DNA of 64,000 bases, taken from the NCBI GenBank assembly GCA_964016885.1, contig OZ024741.1, positions 279,558,001 to 279,622,000 of the forward strand, given 5' to 3'. Position 1 is the first letter of the stretch. Every line of letters starts with the position of its first letter. The translations under genes were made by a program, and so were the position numbers. The DNA comes from Eledone cirrhosa. Lineage: Eukaryota. Below the pieces are notes generated by a model that was not told the origin of the DNA, did no database searches, and saw only the letters and a list, made by a program, of their open reading frames with translations. Positions 56,108-64,000 of this stretch are shown piece after piece.

Positions 56108-57043
56108 CATATATATATACACACATACATATATATATATACACACATATACATATATATACACACACACATATACATATATATATATATACACATATAT
56201 ACATATATATATATATACACATATATACATATATATATACACATATATACATATATATATATACACACATACATATATATATACACATATATACACACAC
56301 ACATATACACATATATACACACACATATACATATATATACACACACATATACATATATATACACACACATATACATATATATACACACATATACATAGAT
56401 ATACACACATATACATAGATATACACACATATATACATATATATATATACACATATATACACACATATATACATATATACATATATACATATATATACAC
56501 ACATATATACATATATATATACACACATATATACACATATATATACACACACACATACATAATATATATATACACACATACATATATACACACATATATA
56601 TATATATATACACACACATATATACATATACACATATATATATATATATACACACATATATACATATACACACACATATACATATACACATATATACATA
56701 CACACATATATACATATATATATACACACATATATACATACACACACATATACACACATATATACATATATATATATACACACATATATACATATACACA
56801 CATATACACACATATATATATACACATATATACACACATATACATATATTTATACACTCATATACATATACACACTCATATACATATATATATATATATA
56901 CACACTCATATACATATATATATACATACATATATATATACACACTCATATACATATACACACCCATATACATATACACACACATATATGCAGACATATA
57001 TATATATATACACACATACATATTATATACATACACATTCATC

Positions 57044-57091
<48 letters not shown>

Positions 57092-57114
57092 CACACATAT
57101 ATATATATACACAC

Positions 57115-57147
<33 letters not shown>

Positions 57148-57198
57148 TATATATATACACACATATATATATATATACACACATATATATATATATAT
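56108..57198. repeat. Compound (TA)/(CA) microsatellite
   Basis: Direct inspection. Confidence 0.98.
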
Positions 57199-58566
57199 AA
57201 CAGAGGAGTTCAAGACAGGCTGCCCATGGGAACTCCTATACGCAGACGACCTGACACTCATAGCGGAATCAATGGCCGAGCTAGAGAAGAAATTCCAAAC
57301 ATGGAAGCACGGCCTAGAGTCAAAAGGACTTAAAATTAACCTGGCTAAGACCAAAGTTCTAGTTTGTAGGAAAGAAAACAAGGCGGCGGTCCCTTCTGGG
57401 AAATGGTCGTGCTCGGTGTGTAGGAAAGGCGTAGGTAGAAACTCCATTTTGTGTCCTAAATGCAAAGTATGGGTGCATAAAAGATGTAGTGGGATCACAG
57501 GTAAGCTAACTAAGAACATAGATTTTACATGTGGCCGGTGTTCTGGTGCAATAAGTAGCAGCAAGTGCCCACACAATACTAGCTCTTTCAATTGCGCAGA
57601 GGGTTCTATAGAAATAGTGGACAGCTTCCGTTACCTGGGCGATAAAATCAGCAGTGGGGGAGGGTGCTCTGAAAGTACTGTAGCTAGAGTCAGAACTGGT
57701 TGGAAAAAGTTCAGAGAGCTTATACCACTATTAGCTGCTAAAGGGTTCTCCCTAAAAATGAAAGGCAGGTTGTACGATGCCTGCATACGAACAGCAATGT
57801 TGCATGGCAGTGAGACCTGGGCTTTGTGTGCAGAGGATATACGCAGACTAGAGAGGAACGAAGCTTGCATGCTCCGCTGGATGTGTAACAGTAATATACG
57901 TGAACGGCAAAGCATAAACGAACTAAGGAAAAAATTAGAGATAAGAGGGATCAGATGTTGTTTACTCGAGAGAAGGCTACGTTGGTATGGACACGTGATG
58001 CGCATGAAAGTCGATAGCTGTATAACAAAGTGCAGGGCAATAAAGATAGACGGTAGCCACGGAATAGGCAGGCCTAGAAAAACCTGGGACGAGCTGATAA
58101 ACTCCGACCTCACACACTTACACCTCTCCAAGACAATGTCACTGGACCGAGACCTTTGGCGGTACTCAGTAACAGAGAAGACCCGCCTTGCCAGTAGGCA
58201 TCTCTAACAAAATACACCCCGTCCCACCACCACCACCCCCACCCCATCCACACCACCCCGTCCTATGTAAAGTTATGTTGGTGCCGCGCCATCCGGGCCG
58301 AAACAAATGAGATCGTGTAGGTGTCACGACAAAAAAACACACAGTCCACGCTGTAATGTGGCCGTGTAGGCAACACGGTAAAAACCTCCCAGACCCACAC
58401 TGTAAATGTGGTTGGTGTTAGGAAGGGCATCCAACTGTAGAAAACCTGCCAGACAGTCCTATGCGAGCAAGACAATCACTCTTGCCTCAAGTGGGACTAC
58501 CCCCGTCCAAACCCATGCAAGCGTGGAACACGGACGTTAAACGTTGATGATGATGATGATGATGAC
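57197..58566 (+). mobile_element. 5'-truncated young RTE LINE, uninterrupted reading frame 57200-58207
   Basis: [24 protein letters not shown] continues in frame into ORF 57272..58207 (KTKV, PHD-like finger, [20 protein letters not shown]); 3' UTR and (GAT)n tail. Confidence 0.97.
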
Positions 58567-58829
58567 ATATATATATATATATACACACATACATATACAT
58601 ACACACATATATATATATATATACACACATACATATATATACACACACATATATACACACATACATATATACACACATACATATATATATACACACATAC
58701 ATATATATATACACACATACATATATATATACACACATACATATATATATACACACATACATATATACACACATACATACACACACACATACACACATAC
58801 ATACACACATACATATATATATACACACA

Positions 58830-58893
<64 letters not shown>

Positions 58894-58902
58894 TACATAC
58901 AG

Positions 58903-59320
58903 CCTGATATTGTTATTTGGGACCACACATTGAAAACGTGTTCTGTTGTGGAGATCAGCTGCCCACTTGATGTAAACGTTGTCAGAAAAATAGAGGAGAA
59001 GGAGGACATCTACGGACCATTGATGAGGAGCTTACAAATCCAGTATCCAAGATACACTTTTAGCTTCATACCCATCATTATTGGTGCTACGGGTTATATA
59101 CCAACCCGCTTGGACCAAAGTATGACTGAACTTGGATTTGCGGACAAAAAGCGCAGCTCCCTAATTCATAGTCTACAAATGGCTGCGATAGCTGGCACCT
59201 TCAAAATTTGCAAAACATTCTTGCGATTCAAGGGATGACAATTTCTTTTCTTTTACAGCCTTGCCACCAGGAAGGTGGCCGGTCAAAAAAAATATACTCG
59301 AAATTAAGAGACAGAGAAAA
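58903..59320 (+). mobile_element. R4/Dong-like non-LTR retrotransposon 3' end (restriction-like endonuclease)
   Basis: PDIVIWDHTLKTCSVVEISCPLDVNV...EKEDIYGPL...IPIIIGATG...KICKTFL* : PD-(D/E) RLE motif; short 3' UTR. Confidence 0.85.
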
Positions 59321-59682
59321 CATACATACATACATACATACATACATACATACACACACACACACGTATGGTGACTCAACAACCAGCAGACCAAAATAGC
59401 AACCAAACTATTTTATGTAGAGTTGCAATGGTTGAGGGTGTTGATATTTTGACGATATCGAGTATCTTGCTTTTGAGAATTAAGTATTATATACGCACAC
59501 ATTGATAGGTTTCCCTATGAGATATATGACTTCAAAGGAGTGTCAATGTTGTTTTGTGTATTTGTCAACTGTATCTTGTTTATAGCAGTGAGAATTGTTG
59601 TAAGAGGTGGATAGAAGGGAGAAAAAATCGAAGATATAGGTGATCAGTTGGAATCCGCTAAATGATCGACGTTTTAAGCAGC

Positions 59683-59713
<31 letters not shown>

Positions 59714-59983
59714 GTATAGAAATTGTTGTGAGCGTGAAGCCAATAGTATTTCATAATATATATATGTGACTATAACGTGAAAATGGAAAAATAGTTAACT
59801 TAAGATGTGGGAAAATAATTCAAACTCAATTCAAAGAAAATCAAGACATAGATTAATCCATAGAATTTTGTGAAATCCAGGAAAAAATCTATAGAGCCTT
59901 AACTATATATATATATATACATACACACACACATATATACATACACACATGCATATATATGCGTGTGTGTGTGTATATATATA

Positions 59984-60014
<31 letters not shown>

Positions 60015-60031
60015 ATATATATGTGCGTATG

Positions 60032-60067
<36 letters not shown>

Positions 60068-60240
60068 TATATTCATATATATACACACACACATATTCAT
60101 TTAAGTTCACCAATGGATAGAACTGGTCAATCCATTTAGTTAACCATGATGTAATAGTAAGAAAAGACTACGGTATGTAACTCATCCATAGTTAATGTCA
60201 AATCACATGGCTGGTGCAAGAACAGAGTTAAATATTTATT

Positions 60241-60530
60241 TAATTAAAACAACAGAAGGTCGGACTAGAGATATCCCTTTAAAGTTTTATTGTTACCAAA
60301 ATCGGGTATATGATTCTGTCGCAACAATAACACCGAATTCGCGGGCCCTGATTCAAATATATTCTCTATTCTGTTTGTGTTTACCATAATCCCTTTTCTT
60401 GATTAACTAATTATGCAATCCACACCTCATTATGTCACCAGATTCTTACGTGACCGGGCAATTGAAATAGTGTTTTTATACAACACTAAAACTTTAAAGG
60501 GATATCTCCAGTTGAGCCTTCTGTTGTTTC

Positions 60531-60535
<5 letters not shown>
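60241..60535. mobile_element. MITE with about 53-bp TIRs
   Basis: TAATTAAAACAACAGAAGG...GAGATATCCCTTTAAAGTTTTA / TAAAACTTTAAAGGGATATCTC...CCTTCTGTTGTTTCAATTA. Confidence 0.8.
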
Positions 60536-60566
<31 letters not shown>

Positions 60567-60567
60567 T

Positions 60568-60645
60568 ATTGCCTCGTCTGACGAACGAATGAAGACGTTT
60601 CTTTCGTATTCGCCTCATTCGGGAAACCTCTGGTAATGAGGTAAT
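60568..60645 (+). ncRNA. Type-I hammerhead ribozyme motif
   Basis: 10-bp stem I ATTGCCTCGT/ATGAGGTAAT; CTGACGA 60578-84; stem II CGAATGA/TCATTCG; GAAA 60623-26; CC-TCT-GG; TA (cut after 60635). Confidence 0.8.
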
Positions 60646-60669
60646 TATATTGTATTGATTTTTATACAT

Positions 60670-61097
60670 TATATATATATATATGCATAGATATTTACAT
60701 ACATATATATGCATGCATATATATATACATACATATATACACACATATACATATATATACATACATATATACACACATATATACATACATATATACACAC
60801 ATATATACACACATATATACATACATATATACACACATATATACATACATACATATATACACATACACATATATACATACATATATACACATATATAGAT
60901 ACATATATACACATATATACACACATATACATACATATATACACACATATACATACATATATACACACATATACATACATATATACACACATATATACAT
61001 ACATATATATATACACACATATATATATATACGCACATATATACACACATACGTGCATATATGTATGTATGTACATATATATATATATATATATATA
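60670..61097. repeat. Compound (TA)/(CA) microsatellite
   Basis: Direct inspection. Confidence 0.97.
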
Positions 61098-61119
61098 GGG
61101 TGGGCTACTGCTGATGGCC

Positions 61120-61690
61120 GATGTAACAGACATCAAGGGATTTTTTCAAACAGTCCTTGTATCGATTCCTTGGTGCTCCCCTTGTAACGATGGTCAGTGG
61201 GGAGTTCACCATACAGCATGATCCTGCCCAGCATAGTTGGGACTTCAGCTGTATGGCCTCGATGCTGGTGAGCTCCAACAGTTCAAGGACTTCAACATTG
61301 GTGACAAAGTCTCTCCAGTGGATGTTGAGGATGGTGCAGAAGCAGCGCTCAAGGAGTCGAAGGTGGAGGCAATAAGTGACCCTTGATAAGCCATATAAGA
61401 GGATGGTAAAGACTGGCTCTGTACATTCTGATCTTGGTACCCTTCTTCAGGTGTTTATTGTTCCACACACGTTATTACAGTCTACCAAATGCACTGCTTG
61501 CCTTTGCCAGTCTGTTGCTGATTACACTGTCGATTTTGGCATCTGATGTCATGGTGCACCCCAGGCAGGTGAACTGATGGACTAGTTTCAGTTCAATCCC
61601 GCCCATGGTGATATGGGGAGGGCGGTACTCTTGCTGAGGCACAAGCTAGTGGAGTACCTCCATCTTGCAGCCCAAAGAGTTGGGTAGCTT
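61120..61690 (-). mobile_element. RTE-BovB-like LINE fragment
   Basis: Reverse strand encodes ELKLVHQFTCLGCT, NRLAKASSAFGRL, TILNIHWRDFVTNVEVLE, LKSQLCWAG. Confidence 0.8.
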
Positions 61691-61747
61691 AAATAAATAT
61701 CGTTTAAAGTCCATTTTCCATGTTAGCATGGGTAAGATATATAATAT

Positions 61748-62324
61748 ACTAGCAGTGGTACCCGGCGTTGCACGGGATAAGGTATTTTTTGAACGCGAGC
61801 CGCCAACAGACCTAATCGTGGAAAAACTGCATGCCTGGACAATATGTCAAGAAAATAAACCGAATACTCTGATGGCTGGATAATCTTTAAGATTTTCTTC
61901 GATGAACAGGAAAAATGCAGGTTTTCACCTAATGCGGGCCCTAGGGGATCAAGAAAATGAATTTCGGGAAAATCGGCTAGACGTAACGCCTCCAAAAAGC
62001 CCTAAAAAGCTGGAAAAAATGAAGTTTTTCACCTAATGCCATAAAAAAAGTTGGATTTTCTTTGCTTACGGTATGAAGAAAAGTGATTAATACATAGTTA
62101 CAATTTCAAGAAAATCGGTCTGACGTAACGCCTCAAAAAACCCCTAAAAAGCTTAAAAAACCCAGTTTTTCACCTGATTCGGTCCCTAGGAGATCAAAAT
62201 GTTTTATGTGCATAACACTCCCTGAAACATAAGTAATACACATTTAAAGTTTGAAAAAGATCGGTTGGGTACTTCTCGAATTTTAGGGATTCGAACACAC
62301 TCACACACACACATCCTCAGTTTT

Positions 62325-62337
<13 letters not shown>
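61748..62337 (+). mobile_element. Non-autonomous Helitron/Helentron-type element (HINE/Lep1-like)
   Basis: Start ACTAGCAGTGGTACCCGGCGTTGCACGGG hairpin, internal repeats (TTTTCACCT x3; GAAAATCGG...GACGTAACGCCTC x2), terminal (CA)n and TTTTATATAT. Confidence 0.65.
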
Positions 62338-62358
<21 letters not shown>

Positions 62359-62390
62359 TGTATATATGAACAAGAGGTGGACAACATCAC

Positions 62391-62646
62391 AGAGAACTCA
62401 GTTGTGTGTAGACACCGGAGATATAAGGCCCTTCTTCGAAGCCTGAAAGGCAGCATATGGCCCTACATAACAGGCCCAGAGTCCTTTGTGCTGCGCACCA
62501 AGGCTCCTCCTGTGTGGGCAACAAGAGCAGTGAATGCCCTGTCTGTGGTGAGGGCCTAGCCGTCTGCACAACATAAAGGACTCTGGACCTGTTATATAGG
62601 GCTATACCCCTAATATACTCGGTGTCTGCGCACAACTGAGTTCTCT
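62391..62646. repeat. Nested inverted-repeat (foldback/MITE) element
   Basis: Outer arms AGAGAACTCAGTTGTG...GACACCG / CGGTGTC...CACAACTGAGTTCTCT; inner arms 62457-62493 / 62569-62605. Confidence 0.85.
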
Positions 62647-62681
62647 CAGCAAGGTTGGTGTATATATATATATATATATAC

Positions 62682-63200
62682 ATAACTTTGAAACAATTGT
62701 CGACTACTTTCTCCTACCACTGGAGCAAAAGGGTGACATAGTCATCTAGAAAACACACATGGTGTCATGAGGATGTTTGCTTGCAAACGAGTCGAATATT
62801 AATATTATAATATCATTCACTCACGAATACATTTAGCTATCCACCATGTTAGAGCAGAAACAAATTTGGTTTATAATTTTTGGCAAAGCCGGACGTAGAG
62901 TCACTTGGTATGCAAATTGGGCTAATCAGCTGATGTACACCTTTGAGAATACTATGTATTCTCAGGTGCCCCAGGAGGTAGCAACGACGAGAGAATACAT
63001 AAGTCTTGATAAGGGGCAATAATTCCGGAACAATTGTCGACTACTTTCTGCTACAGCTGGAGCAAAAGGATGACGTCAGTCATCTAGAAAACACACATGG
63101 TGTTATGAGGCTGTTTGCTTGAAAACGAACCAAATATTAATATTATTATTCACTCACAAATACATTTAAGTATCCACCATGTTAGAGCAAAAACAAATTG
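62682..63200 (+). mobile_element. Second retrozyme-like tandem element, 337-nt unit x about 1.5 (diverged)
   Basis: 62690-62867 repeated at 63027-63199; hammerhead 3' half GAAA-CAATTG-TC-GAC at 62690 and full degenerate motif AGTC-TTGATAA-GGGG CAATAA TTCC-GGAA-CAATTG-TC-GACT at 63002-63042. Confidence 0.7.
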
Positions 63201-63207
63201 TTTTTAT

Positions 63208-64000
63208 TTATATACACACGCATATATACCTATACAAATATACACACATGTAGACACACATATATATATATATATATATACATATATGTAAACACATGCA
63301 CATATATGTACACATATATACATACACATACGTACATATATATATACATATATATACATACATATACGTACATATATATATACATATATATACATACATA
63401 CGTACATATATATATACATATATATACATACATACGTACATATATATATACATATATATACATACATACACATATAGGTACACATATATACATACACATA
63501 CGTACATATATATACATACATATACATACATACACACATATATGTACACATATATACATACACATACGTACACATATATACATACACATACGTACATATA
63601 TATATATACACATACACATAATATACATACATACACATATCTATATACATACATACACATATCTATATACATACACATATATACATACATACACATATAT
63701 ATATACATACATACACATATATATATACATACATACACATATATATACACATACATACACATATATATACATACATACACATACATATATATATACATAC
63801 ACATACATATATATATACATACACATACATATATATATACATACACATACATATATATATACATACATACACATACATATATATATACATACATACACAT
63901 ACATATATATATACATACATACACATACATATATATATACATACATACATATATATATACATACATACACATACATATATATATACATACATACATATAT
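63208..64000. repeat. Compound (TA)/(CA)/(TACA) microsatellite
   Basis: Direct inspection, runs to window end. Confidence 0.98.

Noticed and set aside
49794-57200. Very long ORFs (up to 1246 aa) rich in H/T/Y/I or C/V/Y
   Set aside because: Translations of (TA)/(CA) microsatellite, which contains almost no stop codons; same for the ORFs over GA and GT repeats

Overview
AT-rich, repeat-saturated eukaryotic (animal) DNA with one 200-N scaffold gap. The repeat spectrum (RTE LINEs, tRNA-derived SINEs, huge (TA)/(CA) fields) resembles an octopus/cephalopod genome; this is inference. No host protein-coding gene can be called with confidence. The long ORFs are microsatellite artefacts or LINE fragments: RTE with a PHD finger inside the RT, BovB-like, CRE and R4/Dong tails. 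There are also piggyBac-, Tc1/pogo-, hAT- and Helentron-type non-autonomous elements and many foldback hairpins. The most interesting signal is a set of type-I hammerhead ribozyme motifs (40.7, 40.9, 41.1, 41.55, 60.6, 62.7/63.0 kb). Two loci are short tandem units (428 and 337 nt) with one hammerhead per unit. They share two conserved non-ribozyme motifs and show compensatory stem changes, i.e. a retrozyme/Penelope-pLTR-like family. The 428-nt unit also contains a 64-nt exon with strong splice signals, placing the ribozyme in the intron, so the cleaved monomer would be a permuted intron-exon. A minus-strand AG|GTAAGT site at 26750 is a candidate recursive splice point.
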